A DNA stretch of 64,000 nucleotides from the IMG/VR virus record IMGVR_UViG_3300028412_000009, one strand, 5' to 3'. The notes below the pieces were generated by a model that saw only the letters and a program-made list of their open reading frames with translations, made no database searches and was not told the DNA's origin. The stretch is from a virus. Each line of letters opens with the position of its first letter. Position 1 is the first letter of the stretch. Below are positions 36,066-45,537 of the stretch, in pieces. A program made the position numbers and the translations under genes.

Positions 36066-37520
36066 ATGGCTGACCCTGTCGAGCACGCAGAGATTGTTCT
36101 CTCAGCCATCATCCCTGGACGTCAAGATCTTCTGGAGAAGGCTCTCACTCGCCTATCAGGTGAGCACTTTGTTGATCAAACTCACCGGACCCTGTTCCTC
36201 GTTTTGGAGAGGTACTATCACAGCACCGCGCAGGTCATTCCTCTCCACTATCTGGACGATCAGGTCTCGGGGAAGGGGGACCCCGCTAAGAGGGCTCTCT
36301 TCTTAGAGACCTATCAGACCCTTGAGTCTCGCTCGGTCTCCGATGCCGAGTTCATTTGGTCCACAGAGCAACTCCGTGAACTCGCGGCTCACCGGGCTAC
36401 TGGTAACAGTCTGACGGAGGCAATGGGGATCCTCCGTCAAGGCAAGACTCTTTCTAACGGTGATACTCTCCGAGGGGCTGAAGATGCCCGCGATTTTCTG
36501 TTGTCTTCTCTGTCTCAAATCGATAAGGAGCTGAAGCTTCAGTCTGCCCCTGAGGGGGACATCAGAACTGAGACAGACGCATTGCTCGATGAGTATGCAG
36601 AGCGCAAACGTTCCTTGAAGGAGGGACGCTCCGAGGGAATCAGGTTCGGGATCCCCGAGCTAGACGCCAAGGTGGGCGGGATGCAGAATGGAGAGCTGAT
36701 TCTTCTAGCGGGGTACTCCAGTGATGGAAAAACGAGCCTTGCGGTGCAGGCGGCTTGGAGTGCGGCCATTGAGCAGAAGAAGAACGTCGTTTTTCTGACG
36801 ACTGAGACTCTCCGTCCTCAGGTGGCCCGCAAGGTTATCGCCCGCCACTCGAAGATGAGTCTTTTTGACCTCCCGATGGGTCTTAACACTCGTGACCTGA
36901 AGGCAGGAACTCTCTCTCCAGCCCATGAGGAGAAGTACACAGAGGTGGTCAGGGAGTTTGGGTCGAACCCAGAGTACGGGAAGGTGTATGTGGCTCAAGT
37001 TCCCCGAGGATCCTCCATTGCTTCCATTGAGCAGACCCTCTACCGGGTCCAGCGTCAATTTCACATTGACTTTGTGGTTATGGACTACCTTGCCCTTCTC
37101 CGCTCGGATAGCAAGCGTCCGACGACTCGGGAAGAGCTGGCGGCGATCATGAAGGAAGCCAAACAGGTATCTACCACGTTTGATGATGGGCGCGGGGTTC
37201 CTTTCCTCTCCCCCTGGCAGGTCTCTCGGCTGTCTCGGGAGAACGCTGAGAAAATTGGAATGTACACCAGTGCGAGTCTTTCTGAGACTGCTGAGGCCAC
37301 CAACTCAGCTGACGTGATCGTTTCTTTGTTGGCTCCTACCGACAACACTGATAGGCACGCTGAAGTGACGATGCAGGTGCTGAAGAACCGAGACGGGGAG
37401 ACAGCTAACGGCATCATCGTTGAGGTAGATTACGCCACCAGCAGTTTCCGGGGGAGGAACTCCGTCCCCACCTCGTTTGGTGGGGGGTCCTCCCAAGGCG
37501 GTCTGGGGAGCCTACTTTAG
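36066..37520 (+). CDS. dnaB: DnaB-family replicative helicase
   Basis: N-terminal DnaB-N-like domain. Walker A GYSSDGKTSLAVQ. Walker B IDFVVMDYL. Gly-rich C-terminus. Confidence 0.8.
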   Translation: MADPVEHAEIVLSAIIPGRQDLLEKALTRLSGEHFVDQTHRTLFLVLERYYHSTAQVIPLHYLDDQVSGKGDPAKRALFLETYQTLESRSVSDAEFIWSTEQLRELAAHRATGNSLTEAMGILRQGKTLSNGDTLRGAEDARDFLLSSLSQIDKELKLQSAPEGDIRTETDALLDEYAERKRSLKEGRSEGIRFGIPELDAKVGGMQNGELILLAGYSSDGKTSLAVQAAWSAAIEQKKNVVFLTTETLRPQVARKVIARHSKMSLFDLPMGLNTRDLKAGTLSPAHEEKYTEVVREFGSNPEYGKVYVAQVPRGSSIASIEQTLYRVQRQFHIDFVVMDYLALLRSDSKRPTTREELAAIMKEAKQVSTTFDDGRGVPFLSPWQVSRLSRENAEKIGMYTSASLSETAEATNSADVIVSLLAPTDNTDRHAEVTMQVLKNRDGETANGIIVEVDYATSSFRGRNSVPTSFGGGSSQGGLGSLL

Positions 37521-37660
37521 CTTGACCCTTGGGGGTCTTGGTGGTAGAGTGGCCAGACACCGATAAGGAGATCACATGTCTAAGTTCTATGACAATTTCG
37601 ACAAGATGTTCGTTACAGCCTGGGTTATATCTGTAATAGCTAGTCTCACGATGCTGGGAG

Positions 37661-38266
37661 TTGTTGTGTGAGACATTGTCACTCTCGTCACCCATTTCAC
37701 AGGATAGTTCGATGTCTAAAAAAGTGAAGCACGAGTCCTTTGAGGCCTGGGAACAGGAAGATGACGAGGGGTGCTTGATTTGCCCCCTTTGTCTGAAGAA
37801 TAGGAATCACCCAGGTGATTGTGACTGCGGGTGTGAGCTCGCTCGAACCTATTGGTTTTCCAAAGACTTGGGTATTAAGGACGAACCCATCATCCCTTCT
37901 CTCTTCCGATACAGGCAAAGTGAGAATAGGGAGCAGGTTAGCCGGATAGCTGATGGAGCTAATCTTGTATCTAGTAAGACTCGCGGAGGGAAGCACCTTC
38001 CAATCATCGATCTTGACTTCCCTCACAGATACTTTCCTTCATCTACCCCTGGGCATGGGCATCTTTACCTCAATCGTCCTATCTCAAAGTGGCGTTGGTT
38101 GGTGCTGATGTGGGCCCTTCGCTACGCCAAGGTTCTCAACCGAGGGGGCTTCCTTTGGTCTCTGCGTAGAGGATCTAACTTTGCCCGTCTTCCCGGGTAC
38201 TCCAAGGGTGAGTCGGAAGAAGTATTCCATTACACATATGGGTGGTTCTTCAAGAGAAAGAGGTAG
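37661..38266 (+). CDS. Hypothetical Cys-rich (zinc-binding) protein
   Basis: CLICPLC...CDCGC cluster. The true start may be the internal ATG encoding MSKKVK at about 37711. Confidence 0.3.
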   Translation: MLCETLSLSSPISQDSSMSKKVKHESFEAWEQEDDEGCLICPLCLKNRNHPGDCDCGCELARTYWFSKDLGIKDEPIIPSLFRYRQSENREQVSRIADGANLVSSKTRGGKHLPIIDLDFPHRYFPSSTPGHGHLYLNRPISKWRWLVLMWALRYAKVLNRGGFLWSLRRGSNFARLPGYSKGESEEVFHYTYGWFFKRKR

Positions 38267-38269
38267 GCA

Positions 38270-38836
38270 ATGGCTGACATGAAGTTCTCTGAAAAGAGAG
38301 AGATCGCCAATAAGCTTATGTCTATCTTTGAGGCCTACACATTATCCTCTGGAATTTATGTGGGGGAGTTTGAATACGGGTCCCCTAAGATGTCCTGCCC
38401 GTTCACTGGAATCTATCATAATGACGCTCGTTCTTTTAGGATCTACCCACAGTCTAATAGTGCCTATTGTTTTGCTTGCTCCATCTACTATACCCCTGTC
38501 AAGCTCATCTCGATGTCTAAGGACCTATCTGACTCTGAGGCTGTAGAGTGGATTCTCGAACACAAAGGGTATGTTGAGCCGAACTTCGAAGATGTCTGGG
38601 ACTCCATCACTTCTGATGACGACGAGGAGATGACAACTTCTTATCTAGCAGAAGCTCTCAAAACTGCGTGTGCTAGGATGGATAATGACTGGAACCAAAA
38701 GCAATTTGAACCTGAAGTGTCTGGAATGCTGAATCGTTGTTTATCGCTTCTTCCAAGGGTCCAGAATGCGCAGGACAGTGAGAAATGGTTAGGGGCCTCA
38801 AAGGTCGCCATGTCAAGAACCCTGAGAGGAGGTTAA
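38270..38836 (+). CDS. Stand-alone DnaG-type primase zinc-finger (zf-CHC2) protein
   Basis: CPFTGIYHNDARSFRIYPQSNSAYCFACS matches the CHC2 zinc finger (CPFHxExTPSF...YHCFGCG). No TOPRIM domain in this ORF. Confidence 0.5.
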   Translation: MADMKFSEKREIANKLMSIFEAYTLSSGIYVGEFEYGSPKMSCPFTGIYHNDARSFRIYPQSNSAYCFACSIYYTPVKLISMSKDLSDSEAVEWILEHKGYVEPNFEDVWDSITSDDDEEMTTSYLAEALKTACARMDNDWNQKQFEPEVSGMLNRCLSLLPRVQNAQDSEKWLGASKVAMSRTLRGG

Positions 38837-39627
38837 CCTTGGTTATTGGTCATTCTGTTGTGGTTTCTGAACTTGAGGTAGACCTTCCTAGGGTGTCCCT
38901 TTTCTTGGGGCCGAAGTCTGTGGGAAAAACTACTGTCGCTCAACACCTCAAAGGATTCTACGGGGTCTCGGGCTCTGACTACCTCCATGTAGAACATCTT
39001 GATGCTGAGTCAGTGCAGAGAGTAGTAGGATTTGCTCGGACCCACCCCTCTAGAGATAAGAAGCTGATCGTCTTACAGATGGACGGCTCTTCGAGGATTA
39101 CTCAAGATGCCCTACTCCTCACTTTAGAAGAGACCCCGCCAGACGTTCACTTTATCTTGGTTTCCTCTGAGTCTCTTGTTCCTACCTTGAGCTCTAGAGC
39201 AAAGGTCTTTCATTTTCCCTTCCTTCAGGAGGAGGAAGTAGAAGAGGTGCTTCGAGAGGTTCTTTCTGATGCGGCAAATGTGTCCCGCTTGGCCAAAGCT
39301 TCTGGCGGGCAGATCTTTCGAGCCTTCACGGCTTCTAAGCTTTCAGAGAAGAGGTCTGAAGTTCTAAGAGCCCTGCACGCCTTCTACGCGAGGGATGCTA
39401 CGATCTTGGAGAAGATAGCCCCCTCGTGGACTGCTGACCATACTTCCTTGCTGGAGATTTGGTGCCAGGAGCTCATCACAGGGAGATGGCGACTGTTCGA
39501 GCCAGCCGAAGCAGGACTATCTGACCGCAAGCTGGCGATCCGCCTCCTCATTGCCATTAGGTCGGGGATTCGACCCCGCTTAGTGGTGAGGTCTAGTATC
39601 ATGGATGTATGGAGAGATTACATATGA
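38785..39627 (+). CDS. AAA+ clamp-loader subunit (DnaX/HolB-like)
   Basis: P-loop LFLGPKSVGKTT. Sensor/box VII-like DGSSRITQDALLLTLEETPPDVHFILVS, matching DEAHxLxxxAxNALLKTLEEPP...FIL. Confidence 0.6.
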   Translation: MVRGLKGRHVKNPERRLTLVIGHSVVVSELEVDLPRVSLFLGPKSVGKTTVAQHLKGFYGVSGSDYLHVEHLDAESVQRVVGFARTHPSRDKKLIVLQMDGSSRITQDALLLTLEETPPDVHFILVSSESLVPTLSSRAKVFHFPFLQEEEVEEVLREVLSDAANVSRLAKASGGQIFRAFTASKLSEKRSEVLRALHAFYARDATILEKIAPSWTADHTSLLEIWCQELITGRWRLFEPAEAGLSDRKLAIRLLIAIRSGIRPRLVVRSSIMDVWRDYI

Positions 39628-39812
39628 GAACCTACGAAGACTATGAACGAAATGGTCCTAGATTTGAAGCAAAATTTTCTAGCACCTGTACTATAGACCG
39701 GAGCCATAAGATCAGGAAGAAAGATACAGTGTCTCATGTGAGATTGAAGGAGAACCCTTTGATTCCTATTCAGGGTATTGCCTGTTCCTCCTGCATTATG
39801 TTCATGGACTGA
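39609..39812 (+). CDS. Hypothetical small protein
   Basis: 67-aa ORF. Confidence 0.2.
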   Translation: MERLHMRTYEDYERNGPRFEAKFSSTCTIDRSHKIRKKDTVSHVRLKENPLIPIQGIACSSCIMFMD

Positions 39813-40780
39813 TGGCAACCTTCAGTCAGTGGTGGAAGAGTTTCTCCATTAAGGGAGAGGTGCGCCAACTCACGTGGGTATGTGGCTCAGAGTTGGTTCT
39901 AGTGGACGAGGTAGTGCGGTCTATACGAGAGTCTTTAGACCCTGACCCCTGGGATTACGTTCCTTTGAACGCCGAAGAGATGTCAGAGGATGAGATTTGG
40001 TCCAACATCCTTCAGTATCCAATCAGCGCAAGCCCTAGACTCGTTGTTGTGCGTGAGGCCCAATCCTTGAAAGACACGTCACGGATTACTGACCTTGTCA
40101 AGAAGAGACGACTCCTCCCTAACACTTATGTGATCTTTGTCTCTTCAGACTCTTCCCTGCCGAAGGGAGAGGATGGAAAGGAAAGGGCGTCTCACGTCAA
40201 GGCATTCTCTGGTAAGGGTTATGTGATTGAATGCAAGCCCTTCACCCAAGCCACCGCTAAGTATGCCGTTTCTTGGGTTCAAGGAAAGAAGCAAATGCGA
40301 TCCGGGGTGGCGGCCCACCTTTTGAGTCGAGCCAATGGGGATCTCCGCCTCACTAGGGATCTTTGTCACAAGCTGGCTTTGTTCCCTCAGGAGCCCACAA
40401 TGACCATGGTGAACGAACTGTTACGCGAGCACCCCCGGGACTCTCTCACCAACGCACTCCTGGCGCTGGATCGGAAGACTGCCCTCTTGGCTCTTGAGGT
40501 CCTGGATCCCGGCGACTACAGTGCGGTAATAGGCTCTCTTGATGCTAACTTGGAGTTGGCCGGTCTGGTCCATGATATGCTGGTAGCTCACAAGCCTACG
40601 GCGGAAATATCTAAGGCGGCGGGGAGTCGGAGATTCCTTGTTCCGGACCTCCTTCCGGTGGCCCGCCACTATGGACCTAAGAGGCGAGCTTCGATCAGAC
40701 GCTCGCTGGCAGAGGCTGATGAGGCTCTCCAGCGAGGAGAAAAAACAGCAATCCTGGAAAGTGTCATCACTTTCTGGTAA
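39812..40780 (+). CDS. Putative clamp-loader delta (HolA-like) subunit
   Basis: N-terminal GSELVLVDEVVRSIRESL and the later PRLVVVREAQ resemble HolA family blocks. Adjacent to the AAA+ clamp-loader gene. Confidence 0.4.
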   Translation: MATFSQWWKSFSIKGEVRQLTWVCGSELVLVDEVVRSIRESLDPDPWDYVPLNAEEMSEDEIWSNILQYPISASPRLVVVREAQSLKDTSRITDLVKKRRLLPNTYVIFVSSDSSLPKGEDGKERASHVKAFSGKGYVIECKPFTQATAKYAVSWVQGKKQMRSGVAAHLLSRANGDLRLTRDLCHKLALFPQEPTMTMVNELLREHPRDSLTNALLALDRKTALLALEVLDPGDYSAVIGSLDANLELAGLVHDMLVAHKPTAEISKAAGSRRFLVPDLLPVARHYGPKRRASIRRSLAEADEALQRGEKTAILESVITFW

Positions 40781-40953
40781 GGAGTAATTATGGAATGGCC
40801 ACTCTTTTGGACAATCATCAGTCAGATTGTTCTTTCGCTATTGATTTTAGGATTTCCGGTGTCGATTATTCTATTCTTGTGCGCTTCGGCAATTAAGACA
40901 GGGTCTCAGTCCGGAAAGGACAAATTATCTTCCCAGGGGAACAGGATCGGTCG

Positions 40954-43434
40954 ATGACAGATTTCAACTATGGAGCTCTCCGAAGCGCGGCAGAGTTCGA
41001 AGAGTTCGTAGAAAGAATCCTTGAGGCAAAAAAGCCGTTCGGGTTTGACGTAGAGGCGGGGTATTTTGGGGACCCCCCAGAAAAAGACGTGGCTTTGAAG
41101 CCTTACCACCCCAACTGGCTCCTTGCCGGGTTCTCTTTTACCAACTCCGTTGAATGGGCACGCTATGTTCCGGTGGCTCACGATGCGGGGGACAATGTCG
41201 ATGACCCCGTGAGGACAGCCAAAGCTCTGTGGAGGCTGTTAAATTCTGGACTTGGGGTTGCGCACAATGCCATGTACGAGCTCAATGCTTTGGGCCGATG
41301 GTTCCGAGAGACCCTTTCAAATGACCCCGAAGTCGGGGAAGATGTCATCGCCTCAAAAGGGTTCTTCCCTATCTTCTCGGATTCTATGATCGAGTCCTTC
41401 CTTGTGGCAGTCTACGACCCAATTCGAGTAGGGCAGAACTTGAAAGGGCTAACCAAGCACATCTTCAACCACCAGATGATCACTTTTGACGAGCTTTTTG
41501 AGGAGCTTGTTGCTTCTAAGAAGATCAAGACCTCTCAGAAGAGATTCAACATTCTTCCTCTCGACCTGAAAGTCGTCACATATGCCTGTGAGGACGCTCT
41601 CTGGTGTTTGGCTCTCCACCGTAAGCACCACCCCATGCTGAAGGCAATGCCCGTTTATAACACGGTCTATCGAGCAGAAATCGCTCTTCTCCGGGTCGTG
41701 GCTGAGATGGAAAAGGAGGGGATTCTACTCAACTGGGGCGCTATATCCTCGAAAGCCCGTGAAGTCGAAGAGTTGAAGACTCTCATGAACGAAGAGATTC
41801 AGCAAGAGCTTTCAGACAGGCTTGGGGAGCTAGTCAATATCAACCTTGCATCAGTCCCTCAACTTTCAGAAATTCTGTTCAACCGCTTGGGATTGACTGT
41901 GACAGAGCGTAGCGAAAAGACCGGGAAGCCCAGTACATCTGAGCCAGCCCTTCGGGCCATTGCTAAGGAAGATGTCATTGTTCAGAAGATCCTCCGCTAC
42001 CGAGAGGTAAACAAACTTCTTGGAAGTTACTTGAAGAAATATGAGGAACAGCTCAACTACGCTGGAGATGGGAGAGCTTATCCCAACCATAAGCAGACTG
42101 GAACTGTCACCGGACGTTTCTCTGTTGACGGGGTGAGCTACCAGCAATGGCCTAAGCCCTATCACTATGAACTGAACTCGGGTAAGGTATTCGACTTAAA
42201 CTTTCGAGACCTGCTTATTTCTCCTCCAGAGTATCGAATTGTCGGGTTCGACTTTTCCCAAGTTGAGCTGAGAGTCCTCGCCGGGGTGGCCCAGGAGAGT
42301 GTGATGATTCGCGCCTTTGAGGAGGGAGAAGACATTCACAAGGCTACGGCCTCCAAAATGCTTGGGCTCCCCCTAGAGGAGGTCGGACCCAAAGAGCGTC
42401 AGTTGGGTAAGACCATTAACTTCGCAGTGGTCTATGGAAGTGGTTCCGATGGGCTCGCCAACCTCATTGGAAGTACAAAGGATGAGGCTCAGGAGAAGTT
42501 GAAGCAGTACTTTGAGGCTTTCCCTGGGATCCGGGGCTGGATGGACGAGCAAATCAGACTAGGTCATGAAAACGGCTACATCGAGAACTTCTTTGGACGC
42601 CGGATTAAGGTCTGGGAGTTCCTGGACAACCGATCCTGGGTGGTAGCTAAGGGTGAGCGCTTCTGCGGTAACGCTCCCATCCAAGGTGGAGCCGGTGACT
42701 ATTTGAAAATTGGCATGGTGCGCGTCCATAAGGCCATCCGGGACGCTGGGCTAGAAGATAAGGTCCGCATGATCGTAACTTTCCATGACGCCTTAGAGTT
42801 CTATGTCCATGACTCTGTCACTACCCAGGAAGTCATCGACGTTGTGGGGCCCGCTGTGAGTTTCCCTCTCCCCGGAATGCCGGAAATTACGGCAGATTGG
42901 CACGAAGGGTATCAGTGGGGGACTCTCGCAGAGATCTCCCTGGAGGATGGTGTCATTTCTCGATATGAGATCGGAACTACCCTCCCAGACGGGGAAAAGT
43001 TTGAATGGTCAGGGAGTGACCTTCACGATGTCCTGAACCCTTATTATTTCTGGAACCGAGAGTACTACGGTGAGACGTATCTTGATCGGGATTACTACCT
43101 GAGCAAGTATCCGCAAGGTAGGAATTTTCAGCCGAAGCCTCAGGAAGAGACAGTAGAGGAAGCCACTGAAGACGTTGAAGCCCCAGATAAGGCCGTTGTC
43201 ACTATGCCGGACATGCCTCTCAGGAGTGCATGGGACAAATTCAAGGGGTTCCTGTCTGAACGTCCCGGACAGACCGAGCTTACGGTGGTCACCCCAGAAG
43301 GGCCCGTGACCTTTGACGAGCGGTATGAGATCTCTCCTCAGGATCAGGGGAAGATCAATCTCATCCTGGGAGGAGCCTCTCTTTCGTTCCCTTCAGGCTC
43401 CACTGAAGACCTGTTTGAGGGGATGGAGCTGTGA
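40954..43434 (+). CDS. polA: Family A DNA polymerase (Pol I-like) with 3'-5' exonuclease domain
   Basis: Exo I FGFDVEAG. Motif A IVGFDFSQVELRVLA. Motif B RQLGKTINFAVVYG. Motif C VHDALEFYV. No 5'-3' exonuclease domain. Confidence 0.85.
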   Translation: MTDFNYGALRSAAEFEEFVERILEAKKPFGFDVEAGYFGDPPEKDVALKPYHPNWLLAGFSFTNSVEWARYVPVAHDAGDNVDDPVRTAKALWRLLNSGLGVAHNAMYELNALGRWFRETLSNDPEVGEDVIASKGFFPIFSDSMIESFLVAVYDPIRVGQNLKGLTKHIFNHQMITFDELFEELVASKKIKTSQKRFNILPLDLKVVTYACEDALWCLALHRKHHPMLKAMPVYNTVYRAEIALLRVVAEMEKEGILLNWGAISSKAREVEELKTLMNEEIQQELSDRLGELVNINLASVPQLSEILFNRLGLTVTERSEKTGKPSTSEPALRAIAKEDVIVQKILRYREVNKLLGSYLKKYEEQLNYAGDGRAYPNHKQTGTVTGRFSVDGVSYQQWPKPYHYELNSGKVFDLNFRDLLISPPEYRIVGFDFSQVELRVLAGVAQESVMIRAFEEGEDIHKATASKMLGLPLEEVGPKERQLGKTINFAVVYGSGSDGLANLIGSTKDEAQEKLKQYFEAFPGIRGWMDEQIRLGHENGYIENFFGRRIKVWEFLDNRSWVVAKGERFCGNAPIQGGAGDYLKIGMVRVHKAIRDAGLEDKVRMIVTFHDALEFYVHDSVTTQEVIDVVGPAVSFPLPGMPEITADWHEGYQWGTLAEISLEDGVISRYEIGTTLPDGEKFEWSGSDLHDVLNPYYFWNREYYGETYLDRDYYLSKYPQGRNFQPKPQEETVEEATEDVEAPDKAVVTMPDMPLRSAWDKFKGFLSERPGQTELTVVTPEGPVTFDERYEISPQDQGKINLILGGASLSFPSGSTEDLFEGMEL

Positions 43435-43964
43435 GTCTTTCCGCCTATGATCTCCCGTTTACGGAGCTTGAGTCAAAAGTCATTGACTGGGCCCAGGAGT
43501 GCCTAGAGCTTAGGCACGGGGAAGCCGGGGATCCCGAGGGGAAGCTACGAGAGCCTGACCCCTCTTCAGGAATATCCGGAGTCATGACCACACTTCGCCG
43601 GGTGCGCAGTCGCTCGGATCGAGTAGAAGAGTTTCTGGCTAAGGCAACTCAGGCCCGGGCCCGTGCCAGACGAGCCCGCGACGAGGCCGCGTTTGCATCA
43701 GAGATTGCTTATGATGAAGCGGCCCTCATTCGAGCGGCGCGTCGGCACCCCGACTTATTTTCTTCGGGCAAAGAGCGCCACGCGGAGGCTTCTACAGACT
43801 CTCTCAATGAGCGGAGAGATGCCCACCAGGCAAGGCGTCTCGTGTCTGTGACTGAGGAAGCCTATGACGTGATCACGCAAGTCCACTGGCAGTTGGACGC
43901 TATTCGCAAGGACCTGCGCGCCTCACTCCACGCCCTACAATTTGAGTCCGGATTGGAAAGATAG
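43431..43964 (+). CDS. Hypothetical protein
   Basis: 177-aa Arg/Ala-rich ORF. Confidence 0.3.
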   Translation: MSLSAYDLPFTELESKVIDWAQECLELRHGEAGDPEGKLREPDPSSGISGVMTTLRRVRSRSDRVEEFLAKATQARARARRARDEAAFASEIAYDEAALIRAARRHPDLFSSGKERHAEASTDSLNERRDAHQARRLVSVTEEAYDVITQVHWQLDAIRKDLRASLHALQFESGLER

Positions 43965-44051
43965 CCCTGGGTATGCTAGAATAGAGGGGTAGCCAAGCTA
44001 CGCCGACACTATACAAAAAATCAAGCACTGAGAGAATAAGAGAGCGCAACT

Positions 44052-44948
44052 ATGCCAAGAGTAGAATTTGATGAAGCGAACAAGGTAGAAAAGGTCAGTT
44101 ACGATTTTGAGCGTTTGAAGCTCGCCAAGGATGAGAAGGCCCGTCTGGCCGTTGTCGAGTCCCCACAGATGGAGTACCGACACACTATTGATGCTCCTAA
44201 GATTGTCAATGGTCAACCCGAGACTCACATGGTGGAGAACCCACGCACAAAGGAGAAGGTTGAAGACTACGCCCGTAGCTTCATCTCATCCCCTCTTTGC
44301 TCCGGGGATCCTGTCAAGCTCGCTGACACAGGAATCGATGCAGAAAACTGTAGGGTATGCGCTTACGCCATGGAGCACTCTGATCGAGTGAAGCCGCCAA
44401 TGCGGCGATATGCCATGCACGTCATTCGCTACAAGACGAAGCCTGGTTCATTTGAGATTGCTTCCCCTTTCTCCATTGAGCTTGTCGTGTGGGCTTTCAC
44501 TGACAGGGTCTTCAACAAGCTCACTGACCTGAAGAAGGAGTGGGCAGACAACGGTGGGTTCAAGGCTCACGATCTCACCATCACCTGCACCAACGGAACG
44601 TTCCAGAACTATGAGTTCGGGATGTCTCCGGACGCCGCTTTTGCTAAGGATAACGAAACCAAGGCTCTGACCAAGGAAACCTATGAGAACAATCAGATTC
44701 CTGACTTGGCTCTCGCGTGTGGTTCCCGTAAGGAAGAGAACTGGATTGTTGATGATCTCAAGAAGGTCACCGAGGCTTGGGACGCTGTCAACGGCTCGCA
44801 GGATGTAGACAGCAGTGACTCAGCCTCCCTAGATGAGGGAATCTCGGGTCTCATGGGAGACGATGAGGCACCAGCTGTGGCCGAGGAGTCTGAGACAAAG
44901 AAGGATTCTTCCGGAGAGACGACTAGCTTTGATGATCTCTTCAGTTAA
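44052..44948 (+). CDS. Putative gp32-like single-stranded DNA-binding protein
   Basis: 298 aa. Cys/His cluster (CSGD...CRVCAYAMEH). Strongly acidic C-terminal tail ending SFDDLFS. Located in the replication module. Confidence 0.4.
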   Translation: MPRVEFDEANKVEKVSYDFERLKLAKDEKARLAVVESPQMEYRHTIDAPKIVNGQPETHMVENPRTKEKVEDYARSFISSPLCSGDPVKLADTGIDAENCRVCAYAMEHSDRVKPPMRRYAMHVIRYKTKPGSFEIASPFSIELVVWAFTDRVFNKLTDLKKEWADNGGFKAHDLTITCTNGTFQNYEFGMSPDAAFAKDNETKALTKETYENNQIPDLALACGSRKEENWIVDDLKKVTEAWDAVNGSQDVDSSDSASLDEGISGLMGDDEAPAVAEESETKKDSSGETTSFDDLFS

Positions 44949-44951
44949 TTC

Positions 44952-45527
44952 ATGATTCTCGGAATCGACCTGGCCGCTAGATTTTCGGCGGCAGTTGCTG
45001 TTGATGCTAGCGGCCAGGCCGTTTATCAGTTTGATTCGTGGGGAATAGATTCTGACCAGTTTGCCCAAGTAACAGCGGCTTTCTGTGCGGTTCACAACCC
45101 TTCTGTTATTGCCATTGAGGATCTTCCTTATGGCCTATCCCGACAAGCTCAGATTAAGGCCCCACTTAGGGCTCAAGGGATGATGATTTCCCACCTAAGA
45201 CTGGCGAAGGTCCTTGACCGGGCCTTTTTTATCGCTCCCGCTTCGTGGCAACGCGGCTTTGAAGGAGTTTGGAAAGGGAAAGCCCCTGGAGCCACCGAGG
45301 CGGCGGTCTCCCTAGGCTTTGTTGCTCCTGACCTACTTGGGGAGTATGCTGACGATGTACCCCCTCTGGGCAAGGAGCACGCGAAGGAGAGGGCTAAAAT
45401 CCGAGGTCAGCTAAAGAAGGCCTCTACTGACTATAACGATGCGTTCTTGATAGCTGAGTGGGTAAGACGGGGCGTAGAAGCAGGAGACTTCCCCCGCTTG
45501 CAGGGCGTTCAGCCGGTGAACCTTTAA
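44952..45527 (+). CDS. RuvC-like Holliday junction resolvase
   Basis: N-terminal MILGIDLAARFSAAVAVD matches the RuvC/YqgF ILGIDPG-xxxG-xAv block. 191 aa. Confidence 0.55.
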   Translation: MILGIDLAARFSAAVAVDASGQAVYQFDSWGIDSDQFAQVTAAFCAVHNPSVIAIEDLPYGLSRQAQIKAPLRAQGMMISHLRLAKVLDRAFFIAPASWQRGFEGVWKGKAPGATEAAVSLGFVAPDLLGEYADDVPPLGKEHAKERAKIRGQLKKASTDYNDAFLIAEWVRRGVEAGDFPRLQGVQPVNL

Positions 45528-45537
45528 GGAGTAAGAG

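Noticed and set aside
39609-39812. Possible functional small gene between the clamp-loader genes
   Set aside because: A 67-aa ORF with no motifs and an odd composition. It is kept only as a low-confidence feature.
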